From positions 3,016 through 67,015 of the forward strand of contig CAZUXY010000001.1 of NCBI GenBank assembly GCA_964624235.1: a DNA stretch of 64,000 bases, written 5' to 3'. The translations under genes and the position numbers were made by a program. Numbering within the stretch: the stretch's first letter is position 1; each line of letters opens with the position of its first letter. Shown here one piece after another: positions 49,082 to 59,223 of the stretch. This DNA comes from an uncultured Leptospirales bacterium (GTDB lineage Bacteria; Spirochaetota; UBA4802; UBA5368). Under the pieces are notes generated by a model. That model saw nothing but the letters and a program-made list of their open reading frames with translations. It did not search any database and was not told the DNA's origin.

Positions 49082-50476
49082 TTAAAGGGGCCAGATTATC
49101 GGCACCAGGATTATCACCAGAATCATGGTGACAACCTGGGGAATAAAACCGGCCTTTGCGTAATCGACGAACTTCAACTGTCCCGGCCCGAGCACGATGG
49201 TGTTCGGCGGGGTTGCGATGGGAGACATGAAACAGAGGCTGGCCGCCATGGCGACACCCATAACGATGGGAACAGGGTTTACCCCCATACCCTGTGCGGA
49301 CGCCATCGCGATCGGCGCGACGATAAGGGTCGTCGCCGTGTTCGATGCGAACTGGGTCAGCACCGCGGTCACCACCACCATGCCGATGAGGAGGCCGATG
49401 GGAGATCCGGCAACCAGGTCGTTCATGGTATTGGCGACCATGAGCACGCCACCGGTCTTCTCGAGGGCGGTGCTCACCGGGAACATACAGGCAAACAGAA
49501 AGATGGTCTGCCATGACACCGACTCGGTGGCTTCTTTCCAGGTGATACACTTGGTCGCGATGACCAGCGCGGCACCCAGAGCGGCGGCTACAAGAAGATT
49601 GATATGCAGACCCTTTTTTATAAAGGGAATAAAATCCCCTGCGGCCATGATGAAGATGACGAAGGCGAAAATACCCACCGCCAGGGCCATCTTGCCGGTA
49701 CGATACTTGAAGCTAGCGTCCACCTTCGGCCCGGAATAATCCTCTGCCGAGGTATCGATCTTCCCCTTCGGCAGAAACTTTACGCCGAACATGAGGAAGG
49801 TGATGATGCCTATAATGGCTATCGGAACACCGATGAGACCGAACTCGAAGAAACCGAAGGTCGGCAGGTTCGCCTTGCCGAGCACTCCGTTGGCCACACC
49901 GTTGGGCGGGGTCCCGATCAGGGTGATGGTGCCGCCGAACGAGGTCGCGAAGGCCAGCGCCATCATGAAGCTCTTGGTGTTGAAGCCCGCCAGGGCCACC
50001 ACGCCCAGTACGATGGGCAGAAAACACACCGTGGTGCCGGTGTTGGAAAGCACCGATGAAAGGATGGCGGCAACTATCATGATGTTGGCCATAACCAGCT
50101 TTTCACGGCCCTTGCCTTTTTCCACGGCCCAGCGGCCCACCTTGTCGGCGAAGCCGGTACGGAACAGCGCCTCACCCATCATGAACATGAACATGAAGAT
50201 AAGGGTCCACTGGTTCGCGAAGTCCTTGAAGGCCTCCTTCGCGGGGAGTACGCCGGTGATGACCAGGGCCACGGGCACCATGATCGCGGTCGCCTCGAGC
50301 TTGACCCATTCGGTCATCATGAGAATAAACGCCACTGCCAGGATACCTATGCTTATCCAGGCTTTGGTATAATCGATTGCCGGTTTTGCTGCCGGCGCAG
50401 CTTCTGCCGCAAAGAGCAGTACCGCTCCTCCGAGTACGAAGAGCAGCGTTAAGAACAGCTTACGCAAACCGTTCAT
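49082..50476 (-). CDS. DASS/SLC13-family Na+-coupled dicarboxylate symporter, copy 1
   Basis: 464 aa from MNGLRKLFLTLL... Two SNTGT/SNTAT hairpin-tip motifs, GTPPN repeats and about 13 TM segments, characteristic of VcINDY-type transporters. An N-terminal signal-anchor. Confidence 0.8.
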   Translation of the reverse strand: MNGLRKLFLTLLFVLGGAVLLFAAEAAPAAKPAIDYTKAWISIGILAVAFILMMTEWVKLEATAIMVPVALVITGVLPAKEAFKDFANQWTLIFMFMFMMGEALFRTGFADKVGRWAVEKGKGREKLVMANIMIVAAILSSVLSNTGTTVCFLPIVLGVVALAGFNTKSFMMALAFATSFGGTITLIGTPPNGVANGVLGKANLPTFGFFEFGLIGVPIAIIGIITFLMFGVKFLPKGKIDTSAEDYSGPKVDASFKYRTGKMALAVGIFAFVIFIMAAGDFIPFIKKGLHINLLVAAALGAALVIATKCITWKEATESVSWQTIFLFACMFPVSTALEKTGGVLMVANTMNDLVAGSPIGLLIGMVVVTAVLTQFASNTATTLIVAPIAMASAQGMGVNPVPIVMGVAMAASLCFMSPIATPPNTIVLGPGQLKFVDYAKAGFIPQVVTMILVIILVPIIWPL

Positions 50477-51120
50477 AAAACCTCCCTGCACCCTGTGTGC
50501 ATAAATTTTATTATGGGAAAACGTACGACTTAATCCTTCATGGTACCTGTTTTGATTAAACCGCTTGCCATGAGGTCTTATGAAATTCCTGGGAAAACCG
50601 CAGGAGGTGACATCCCCCTAGCCCATTACGGGCTGAGTATGATTGTAACTCATTTTTAGAAAAATTCTAATAAAAGTATGAAAATATTAGCAGACGAGTC
50701 CCATTTATTCCCTATTAAATAATTTAATATAATGATGAAATAACAGTGGTCACATGTGTGGATATGTTGAAGTGAAGTAATAGAAAACTATATCGCTGTT
50801 TCTGGAATAAATCAAGCACGACATCATTGTTATTAACGTAGAATTGATGATAGTACTGGCTTTTCCTTTCAGCGCAACCTTTTTATACATGCTGAGGCAA
50901 AAAGATTTCAGCACATATCTGCTTATTTAAACAATTGATATTTATTTTCCGTCCGTCAAATGCCTGAAATTTTCTACAGGTAAAGGTTTTCCTATATTAT
51001 TTCGGCGGTTTTTCACCACCAGTAATATGGTTTTTTCTATTCAAGCAGTGTTTTATTTCAGAAGACAGGGTGTTGAACTCAAAGAGATGATACGTAGTAA
51101 TGGTGAGAGGGGGGGTCGGG

Positions 51121-51144
51121 AGTCCCCGAAAGGGACTCCCCTTA
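51121..51144. terminator. GC hairpin at the 3' end of DASS transporter copy 2
   Basis: GGGAGTCCCC-gaaa-GGGACTCCCC about 15 nt past the stop. Paralogous to the hairpin at 49034. Confidence 0.3.
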
Positions 51145-51159
51145 CCCTTATTTTTCTGA

Positions 51160-52557
51160 TTACAGCGGCCAGATTATCGGCACCAGGATTATCACCAGAA
51201 CCATGGTGATAATCTGGGGAATCAAACCGGCCTTTACATAATCGATAAACTTCAACTGTCCCGGTCCGAGCACGATGGTGTTCGGTGGGGTGGCGATGGG
51301 GGTCATGAAGCAGAGACTTGCCGCCATGGCCACACCCATGACGATGGGCAGCGGGTTGACGCCCATACCCTGCGCGGACGCCATCGCTATCGGCGCGACG
51401 ATAAGGGTCGTCGCCGTGTTCGACGCGAACTGGGTCAGCACCGCGGTCACCACCACCATGCCGATAAGGAGGCCTATGGGAGACCCGGCCACCACTTCAT
51501 TCATCGCGTTGGCGATCATGAGCACGCCGCCGGTCTTGGCCAGGGCGGTACTCACCGGGAACATACAGGCAAACAGAAAGATGGTCTGCCATGACACCGA
51601 CTCGGTGGCTTCTTTCCAGGTGATACACTTGGTCGCGATGACCAGCGCGGCACCCAGAGCGGCGGCTACAAGAAGATTGATATGCAGACCCTTTTTTATA
51701 AAGGGAATAAAATCCCCTGCGGCCATGATGAAGATGACGAAGGCGAAAATACCCACCGCCAGGGCCATCTTGCCGGTACGATACTTGAAGCTAGCGTCCA
51801 CCTTCGGCCCGGAATAATCCTCTGCCGAGGTATCGATCTTCCCCTTCGGCAGAAACTTAGTGCCTATTGCCAGGAAGCTGATAATCCCTACTATGGCGAT
51901 CGGTATACCCACCAGGGCGAACTCAAAAAATCCGAAAGTCGGAAGACCGGCCTTGCCGAGCACCCCGTTGGCCACGCCATTGGGCGGGGTCCCGATCAGG
52001 GTGATGGTGCCACCGAACGAGGTCGCGAAGGCCAGCGCCATCATGAAGCTCTTGGTGCTGAAGCCCGCCAGGGCCACCACGCCCAGCACGATGGGCAGAA
52101 AACACACCGTGGTGCCGGTGTTGGAAAGCACCGACGAAAGTAGGGCGGCCACGATCATGATGTTGGCCATAACCAGCTTCTCGCGGCCCTTGCCTTTTTC
52201 CACGGCCCAGCGGCCCACCTTGTCGGCGAAACCGGTACGGAACAGCGCCTCACCCATCATGAACATGAACATGAAGATGAGGGTCCACTGGTTCGCGAAG
52301 TCCTTGAAGGCCTCCTTCGCGGGGAGTACGCCGCTGACGACCAGGGCCACGGGCACCAGAATAGCGGTCGCTTCAAGGCGTATCCATTCGGTCATGAAGA
52401 AAAGGAAAGCGACTGCCAGGATTGCGATGGTCACCCATGCGTTGGTATAGTCGATGGCCGGCTTTGCCGCTTCCTTGGCGGCTTCAGCCGCGAAAAGTAC
52501 GACAGCTCCTCCTACAACGAAGAGCAGTGTGAGGAAAAGTTTGCGTAAACCGTTCAT
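51160..52557 (-). CDS. DASS/SLC13-family Na+-coupled dicarboxylate symporter, copy 2
   Basis: 465 aa. About 90% identical to copy 1, with a central stretch of about 100 aa that is 100% identical. Same SNTGT/SNTAT motifs. Confidence 0.8.
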   Translation of the reverse strand: MNGLRKLFLTLLFVVGGAVVLFAAEAAKEAAKPAIDYTNAWVTIAILAVAFLFFMTEWIRLEATAILVPVALVVSGVLPAKEAFKDFANQWTLIFMFMFMMGEALFRTGFADKVGRWAVEKGKGREKLVMANIMIVAALLSSVLSNTGTTVCFLPIVLGVVALAGFSTKSFMMALAFATSFGGTITLIGTPPNGVANGVLGKAGLPTFGFFEFALVGIPIAIVGIISFLAIGTKFLPKGKIDTSAEDYSGPKVDASFKYRTGKMALAVGIFAFVIFIMAAGDFIPFIKKGLHINLLVAAALGAALVIATKCITWKEATESVSWQTIFLFACMFPVSTALAKTGGVLMIANAMNEVVAGSPIGLLIGMVVVTAVLTQFASNTATTLIVAPIAMASAQGMGVNPLPIVMGVAMAASLCFMTPIATPPNTIVLGPGQLKFIDYVKAGLIPQIITMVLVIILVPIIWPL

Positions 52558-52995
52558 AAAACCTCCACACCTAGATTGCTTTAATACTAAATGTTTTTAA
52601 ACTACATAATCCGTTATGGCAACTATTGATTGAATCGTATACCATAAGGTGTTGTGAAAAATACGAGGTAAGTCTCCCCCAATCCTCTCTATAGCATTCG
52701 GATAAAAAAAGAATATCCCCAAAAAACCATAAATTCCAATAAAATGTATAATAATAATAAAAATTGTTAAATTGTAATTATTTTACAGGATGAATAAATG
52801 GAATATCTGATGGAAAATAATGGGATTATTTATACATATTTTTCAGCAATTATAAATATCCCGATAATATTATACATTATTTATTATAATGCATAGAAAT
52901 AACACATTGAAACACGGCGAATCCCCCATATCCGCCCGTAATCCTGAGAGATAATGCGTTAAATACGTAAACCCCAGAAGAAATTACCGTAGATT

Positions 52996-54720
52996 CTAAG
53001 GCTCTTCCCTGATGTCCTTCCTGGCCCTGTAGGGTTCTATCTCTTCGACCTTAACCGACACAAACCAGACCGGCGGCCTGAAAAGACCGGTGGTGATATA
53101 TCGTGCTGGTTTCTGCAGCAGGCTTTTAAGACCCACCGACATGCTTTCAGGAATATATTCGGGGTTCAGGTGGGTGATATACCTCGAAGGATTGAAGGTG
53201 ACGCCGTAGGGTTCGCTGTGCTTTTGTACAATTGTTACGCCCAGGGGGAAAATCCTCCCCATGGATTTTTGCTTTGAAAAAAAATCCAGATCCTTTTCCG
53301 AGTTCACCCTTACCCACAGAGAAATGCCTTCATTTGAAAGCAGCACCTTGGCGGCGGGTCTGCCCGCCGTCCGTGGCCCTGTATTTCTGAAATAGCGTTC
53401 CGCGATGTTCGTCATGACCGCATCCATGTTGTTTTCAAGAGAACCGGTGTTGATTATCCTGATGTCCGCCAGATCCGGACATGTTTTTGCCAGTGTATAG
53501 GGTGTGACGTTATGCTTTCGGGGATTGTACACGATCTCCGAAAGGTATTCACGGGGAGCCTGCATCCTTGAATCAGCCCTCTCCATCGGTCGGTAAAGGC
53601 CCTCTTTCCATCGTTCACCCGGGTCGCGGGAATAGAATATCCTCCCCCCCTCCATGAAAAAATCAATGCCCTGCCCGTTGATATCGTACATTTTCTGCCG
53701 GTACGCACTCTCCCGGTACGCTCCTTTACCGATTACGGCGATCTGTCTCATAACGGCGCGGTCGTCGGGACCCTGTCTGCCCATGGAGACCGTGTACAAC
53801 CTGATCCCCCGCTTCCCCGCCGTCAGCGCCAGACGCTCTGCGGCACGGGAATCCGTTACCGGCGAATTGACCATAACCACCATAAGCCGCGCACTCCCTT
53901 CACGCCAGGCCATGTTCCTCACGGCATAATCCATTGCCCGGTCCAGTCCCTTTCCGTCATTACCGCCTTTGGGAGTGAGGCTATTCAGGCCTTCTTTCAA
54001 TCCCACCGGGTTGGTTATAACTGTTTTTTTTACCTGAGTGATCGTAGTGGAAAAGGGAACCAGGTACAGCGTCAGGGGGTTCTCCCACGAATCGCTTAAC
54101 GCGTCGGCAAGGTTATGTATCCCCTTTTTAACGCCGTTCCATTCGCGGGAAATATTATACGAAAGATCAACGACGAGCGCCGCCTCTACCGCCGGACTTC
54201 CGGTAATTCCCCTGGCGGCATCGGGGAAACCGAAAAAGAGTTCCTCAATATCGCGGCTGACGCAGTCGAACATGTTGCCGGCCTTTACCCTGCTTTTGGA
54301 AACCACACGGTCTTCGCGTACGGAGTAGAGCCTGCTTTCCGCTATGAAATTTTCCCCTGACCGGGAAAGGGTACCGGCTACAATGAGGTCCAGATACCTG
54401 GCTTTCCCCAGCGCGGAGAGATTTTCCCTGGTTATTATTTCACCCGGCGACAGTGTAAATCCCCTGAGGTCTCCCTCGAGGTCGCGGGGCGAATAGATCT
54501 CCATCCCCTTGCGCAGCGATACCGCCACTCCCATAAGTTTCGCGTATTCCTGACCGTTACTCTCGGGAAATCCGGCGGAGGGGTTATTGACCCTGTAGGG
54601 CAGGACCGCCACCTCGGCGGCTGCGTGGACCGCATGAAACACCATGACCAGCAGCAATGCCGTACGCAGATACCGCAGGGGACTCTTCACGAACTGTCGC
54701 ACTATCATATGGTTCATCAT
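52996..54720 (-). CDS. hypothetical secreted protein with a VWA-like segment
   Basis: Signal peptide. ALVVDLSYNIS resembles a degenerate MIDAS/VWA start. 574 aa. No other recognisable motifs. Confidence 0.4.
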   Translation of the reverse strand: MMNHMIVRQFVKSPLRYLRTALLLVMVFHAVHAAAEVAVLPYRVNNPSAGFPESNGQEYAKLMGVAVSLRKGMEIYSPRDLEGDLRGFTLSPGEIITRENLSALGKARYLDLIVAGTLSRSGENFIAESRLYSVREDRVVSKSRVKAGNMFDCVSRDIEELFFGFPDAARGITGSPAVEAALVVDLSYNISREWNGVKKGIHNLADALSDSWENPLTLYLVPFSTTITQVKKTVITNPVGLKEGLNSLTPKGGNDGKGLDRAMDYAVRNMAWREGSARLMVVMVNSPVTDSRAAERLALTAGKRGIRLYTVSMGRQGPDDRAVMRQIAVIGKGAYRESAYRQKMYDINGQGIDFFMEGGRIFYSRDPGERWKEGLYRPMERADSRMQAPREYLSEIVYNPRKHNVTPYTLAKTCPDLADIRIINTGSLENNMDAVMTNIAERYFRNTGPRTAGRPAAKVLLSNEGISLWVRVNSEKDLDFFSKQKSMGRIFPLGVTIVQKHSEPYGVTFNPSRYITHLNPEYIPESMSVGLKSLLQKPARYITTGLFRPPVWFVSVKVEEIEPYRARKDIREEP

Positions 54721-54881
54721 GACCGGTGTTGCATCGGCACTACATGCCTGTGATTCCGTTAATCAGTCAGGATCCCGGTTCAGTCTTTCATGCCGTCACC
54801 CGGATTCATACCAGCGCCGACAGCCGCTGTCAAACAAAATGCTGAAAGGGGAATACCGGGTGTGTTCAGGACAAATACCCT

Positions 54882-55562
54882 TCAGGCGGTTCCGCCGGCG
54901 GCGGGTCTCCTGGTTATGAAGAGCCGGTGCAGAAGAATCCCCGCAACGAAACCGGCGATATGACTTATCCAGGCGACATTGTCCGCGTTACCCGCATTCT
55001 GACCCGCCAGCCCCGACAGCTGCATGACAAACCAGAAAGGCAGGAATAACAGCGCCGGCACCCTGAATACAAATATAATCATCCATACATGGATGCGCGC
55101 AAAAGGGAACAGGAACAGGTATGCTCCCAGCACGCCCGAAATCGCGCCTGAAGCTCCTATCAGAGGGGTTTCCAGGCGCGGGTATGTATACACAAAAGCA
55201 AGCGCGCTGACTACGCCCATCAGGACATAGAACACCAGAAAACCACCGCGGCTCATACGGTCCTCCACGTTGTTTCCGAAGATCCACAGAAACAGCATAT
55301 TGAACAGCAGGTGGGAAACGCCGCCGTGACAGAACATGTTGCTGAAAAGGGTCGCCACCGGAGAGACAAGGGCCGAACCGGGGAGATTGCCGCCGGAGGT
55401 GATCTCGGCGGGAATCAGTCCGTACTCCAGGGCAACCCGGTCGAATCCCCGCACATCGGTGATCTGGAGCAGAAACACCGCCGTATTGACCAGGATAAGC
55501 AGTATGGTAACAACCGCCGTTCTTCGGGTAGGATTATCATCACGATAGGGAAGAAGCATCAA
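54882..55562 (-). CDS. rhomboid-family intramembrane serine protease
   Basis: Six TM helices. GASGAISGVLGAY (catalytic Ser) and HIAGFVAGILLH (catalytic His). Confidence 0.8.
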   Translation of the reverse strand: MMLLPYRDDNPTRRTAVVTILLILVNTAVFLLQITDVRGFDRVALEYGLIPAEITSGGNLPGSALVSPVATLFSNMFCHGGVSHLLFNMLFLWIFGNNVEDRMSRGGFLVFYVLMGVVSALAFVYTYPRLETPLIGASGAISGVLGAYLFLFPFARIHVWMIIFVFRVPALLFLPFWFVMQLSGLAGQNAGNADNVAWISHIAGFVAGILLHRLFITRRPAAGGTA

Positions 55563-56725
55563 TTCACCAGGGAGAGGCCGTCATAGAGGTACTTCTTTTT
55601 CGAAAAGAAATCTTTACCCAGGCCCGAGGAAATATAACAGGCAGCCCCCACATGAGAACCGTCGGGTATTTCACAACTTTTCCCGATCAGGGTAATACTG
55701 CGGTGCAGGGACCTGGGGAAATCGTTGTTTTTCACCTGCGCCTGCTCGGAACCTATATGGCATTTGTTGCCGATGTTCAAGGGATTCGGCGTGCCTTCTT
55801 CCCCCAGGGGGATGTGCTCATCAATAACCGATCTGGTCACCCGGGATCCGTCACCAATACGCACGAACGGGAGTATTATTGAATCCTTGATCACCGCGCG
55901 CTCACCTATTTCGACGCCGGGAAATACGATGGAATTCTGTATGCTTCCGTTTACGGCGCAGCCGTCGGAAATAAAAGAGTTCACTATTTTGCCGTACCTC
56001 CCCACACTGGCGACGCCATCAGCCCCGATGTGGCTCTTTATCAACGAATCGCCGAATATGCTGTTAAAAACCTTACGGTTTCTCATGAGTTCCATATTAT
56101 AGTGATAATAGTCGGGAACGCTCTTCAGCGGCCAGTAATACAGGCTGAGTGACTCTTTGCCAATCCCGGTGTTGATCAGGATGTTGATGATCATTTCGAA
56201 GAGGTTGGGCGATTCCCGGTTTTCATCAATGGCCTGGTTGATGACCGATAGGAGGCTTTTCTGATTGGTGATAAGTATGGGGTAGGCCATTGAGGCCTTA
56301 CCGGTGAGCTTGATAGTGAACAGCAGCGAATTTGCCCGGCGCTTACGATAACGGGAAACCAGTTCGTTGAAATCGATAATGGAGGGATTGTCGCCATTGT
56401 AAATGATATAATAATCGGTGTTACTGTCCATTATAAGATTATAACAGAGTTTTATATCGGAAAAGTTTCTGGATACCACCTTGACCGCGGGGAAACTTTT
56501 ACCCTTGAAGGGGCCGTAATGGTCTACATACTCATCCAGGTCATCTTCAACATTGCTGTAAATGATGGTGCGTGACGCGCCTGCCGCGCTGGAATTCCTG
56601 ATGGTAAAATCCACGATCCGGTACCGCCCGCCGAATGGGAGCATGTAGCGGGAACGTTCGTCGGCCAGTGACAGCAGGCTTCCGTCACGGGCGCTGGGGT
56701 AGGATATAATGGAAAAATCGTTCAT
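55559..56725 (-). CDS. GlgD-like nucleotidyltransferase-fold protein with a left-handed beta-helix (apparently non-catalytic ADP-glucose pyrophosphorylase homologue)
   Basis: LPFGGRYRIVDFTIRNS matches the GlgC/GlgD second motif (FGGKFRIIDF), but the N-terminal GGxGxRL nucleotide loop is absent. C-terminal hexapeptide-repeat region. Stop overlaps the rhomboid start by 4 nt. Confidence 0.55.
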   Translation of the reverse strand: MNDFSIISYPSARDGSLLSLADERSRYMLPFGGRYRIVDFTIRNSSAAGASRTIIYSNVEDDLDEYVDHYGPFKGKSFPAVKVVSRNFSDIKLCYNLIMDSNTDYYIIYNGDNPSIIDFNELVSRYRKRRANSLLFTIKLTGKASMAYPILITNQKSLLSVINQAIDENRESPNLFEMIINILINTGIGKESLSLYYWPLKSVPDYYHYNMELMRNRKVFNSIFGDSLIKSHIGADGVASVGRYGKIVNSFISDGCAVNGSIQNSIVFPGVEIGERAVIKDSIILPFVRIGDGSRVTRSVIDEHIPLGEEGTPNPLNIGNKCHIGSEQAQVKNNDFPRSLHRSITLIGKSCEIPDGSHVGAACYISSGLGKDFFSKKKYLYDGLSLVN

Positions 56726-57019
56726 AGGATCACAGCACAGCGAACCTTAATAACGACGGCGGAAGTCTCTGATCGCATCGCTTTCAACGGTCTATACACG
56801 TTTTTTCGCCGTCCGAACACGGACATGTAGCATTTTTTCATTGCCTTTTAAAGTTACCACACTCTAATAAGCAAATGGTAAAAATCAATAAAAAAAGGAG
56901 ACGAATACCCGATCCGCACCATCCGCCGCAGACAGGAATCATGGTGCAATCCCGTGTAAAACTCCAGCCCGGTCATGATACAATAAATAAAAATACCGTA
57001 CGGGACGGGTAGCCCCGGC

Positions 57020-58564
57020 ATGGCTGAAAAGGTAACCATATCCGTGCTTCCGGATGGAAAGTCCATAGAATGCGACAGGGGGACGCTTCTCCTGGACGCA
57101 CTGTATGATCTGGGGGTTATAGTACGCACCCCCTGCGGAGGTAAAGGCCTCTGCGGTAAATGCGGCATTATTGCCGAAGGATGCCTTTCAGCACGCACAC
57201 CGCGGGAAACAGAGCTTTTCCCCGATAATCCGCTGATGAGGCTGTCCTGTCAGACCACACTCCTTTCCGACACCGTGGTAACACGTGAAATCCCGGAACA
57301 AAGAGTTCAGGCGAAACACGCCGGTCCCGCCGTCACCGGTTATTACGGTTTTGCCGTGGATTTAGGTACCACCACCATACAGGTTTCGCTGGTGGACCTT
57401 TCGAACGGCTCTTTTCACCAGATCCTGTCACTGTTGAATCCCCAACGCCGTTATGGACACGATATAATATCAAGGATAGCCGCGGCCGCCCACCGGCAGA
57501 CATACGCCTCTCTGGTCAGTCTGGTCAGAACGACCTTAACGACGGCACTATCTGAAAGCCGGCAATCCCTGAATCTTCCCCCTGAACGGCTTAAATGCAT
57601 TACTTTTTCCGGCAATACCACGATGAGTTACTTCCTAATGGGTCTTGACGTCGCTCCCATCGGTGTCTACCCTTACACCGCCGCACAGAAAGATTTTTCG
57701 GTATCCGCCGCCGATATCGGCATCGAACACACTGAAACGGTAAGGGTCATGCCCGTTGCCTCATCCTTTCTGGGCGGCGACCTGGTAGGCGGTCTTGCCG
57801 TCAGCGACGGGATGGGTTACACCAGAAACACGCTTTTTATCGATCTAGGCACCAACGGTGAAATTTTTCTCAGAAACAGCGATGGAGAGATATACGCTAC
57901 CTCCTGCGCCATGGGGCCTGCCCTTGAGGGCATGAACATCTCCCACGGAATGACGGCCGACGAGGGCGCCATTACCCATGTGGAGGCGGGACCAGGCGGG
58001 CTGAACCTGCAGGTTGAGGGAGGCGGAGCGCCCCTGGGGATCTGCGGCACCGGCATCATCGACGCCGTCGCCCTTCTGTTGAACGAGGGAATCATCCGGG
58101 GGGGAGGAAGCTTCAACAACATCACGGCGGGCACTCACCGGTTTTTCCCCGACGGGGTGGTAAGCCGAAACGGTGTAAAAGGAATATCCCTGCACGACGA
58201 CATCATAATCGACCAGCGGGACATACGGAACATTCAGCTGGCCAGGGGCGCGGCGCTCTCGGCCGCACGAATACTGTTACAGAAATCAGGTATGGAACCC
58301 GGAGATATTGAACATGTACTCATCGCCGGCGCCTTCGGTGCAAACCTTAACACCGACAGTTTCAAGCGGCTCGGTTTCATTCCCGGGTTTCCCGGCGCCC
58401 GCTATGTGTTTCTCGGCAACACCAGTCTCAGGGCCGCCGAAGAGTGCTGTCTGTCGGCCGGATTCATGGACCGCGCGCGGTCGCTTCGGGACCGAATCCG
58501 CATAATAGAACTTTCCGAGCACCCGGGATTCAACGACGAATTCATCCGCAGCCTGGATTTTTAA
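57020..58564 (+). CDS. RACo-like protein: N-terminal [2Fe-2S] ferredoxin domain fused to an ASKHA-fold ATPase (DUF4445)
   Basis: Cys cluster CGGKGLCGKCG....C in the first 60 aa (plant-type 2Fe-2S). Then a 450-aa acetate/sugar-kinase-like domain with DLGTTT, DLGTNGEI and GAFG motifs, as in reductive activators of corrinoid proteins. Confidence 0.7.
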   Translation: MAEKVTISVLPDGKSIECDRGTLLLDALYDLGVIVRTPCGGKGLCGKCGIIAEGCLSARTPRETELFPDNPLMRLSCQTTLLSDTVVTREIPEQRVQAKHAGPAVTGYYGFAVDLGTTTIQVSLVDLSNGSFHQILSLLNPQRRYGHDIISRIAAAAHRQTYASLVSLVRTTLTTALSESRQSLNLPPERLKCITFSGNTTMSYFLMGLDVAPIGVYPYTAAQKDFSVSAADIGIEHTETVRVMPVASSFLGGDLVGGLAVSDGMGYTRNTLFIDLGTNGEIFLRNSDGEIYATSCAMGPALEGMNISHGMTADEGAITHVEAGPGGLNLQVEGGGAPLGICGTGIIDAVALLLNEGIIRGGGSFNNITAGTHRFFPDGVVSRNGVKGISLHDDIIIDQRDIRNIQLARGAALSAARILLQKSGMEPGDIEHVLIAGAFGANLNTDSFKRLGFIPGFPGARYVFLGNTSLRAAEECCLSAGFMDRARSLRDRIRIIELSEHPGFNDEFIRSLDF

Positions 58565-59223
58565 CCTTTTCTGTGCGACACGTATTCCCCGAGCCAGGCG
58601 GCCAGAGTCCCTTCCCCGCGGGCTTTTACCATTCCCTCGATGGCAGCATCATCGTTTACCAGTTCCTTCAGCACTTCACCGCGAGCCGAAACCGAAAGGT
58701 GTGTAAAAGCCTGATCATTCTGTAGAATACTCCGCCCTTCCTTGAGCGCATCCAGTATCAGGTCGATGCGTTCAGGTACCGCACGTTCGATCATCCGTCG
58801 CAGCCTTGCCGCCATGGCGGGGGATGCCCCGCCGGTGGATACCGCCATTATGAAGTCACCCCGCCGCGTGACAGAAGGAACTATGAAAGTGCAGTTGGGA
58901 GGATCGTCCACCGCATTGACGAAGGTGCCGCGGCGCCGCGCTTCTTCGAACACCTGTTTATTGACCCCGGGATCGTTCGTTGCCGAGAAGGCCAAAACGG
59001 CGCCGGCGAGGTCGCCGTCTTCATAGGCCCGGCGCACCAGATTTATGCTTCCCGGATTATTCTTGGCCAGGTGTTCAATCTCTTCATGGAATGCCGGCGA
59101 AACCGTTGTGACAATCGCCCCGGACTCCAGCAGGTCGTGTACTTTGCGCAGCGCGACTTCTCCGCCGCCGATTACGGTCACGGGGCGGCCTTCAAGGTTC
59201 AGGATGATGGGATAGAAAGCCAT
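58561..59223 (-). CDS. sirC: precorrin-2 dehydrogenase / sirohydrochlorin ferrochelatase (SirC/Met8/CysG-N-like)
   Basis: 220 aa. Rossmann VTVIGGGEVALRKV at the N-terminus. Abuts ahbC (59224). Confidence 0.8.
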   Translation of the reverse strand: MAFYPIILNLEGRPVTVIGGGEVALRKVHDLLESGAIVTTVSPAFHEEIEHLAKNNPGSINLVRRAYEDGDLAGAVLAFSATNDPGVNKQVFEEARRRGTFVNAVDDPPNCTFIVPSVTRRGDFIMAVSTGGASPAMAARLRRMIERAVPERIDLILDALKEGRSILQNDQAFTHLSVSARGEVLKELVNDDAAIEGMVKARGEGTLAAWLGEYVSHRKG

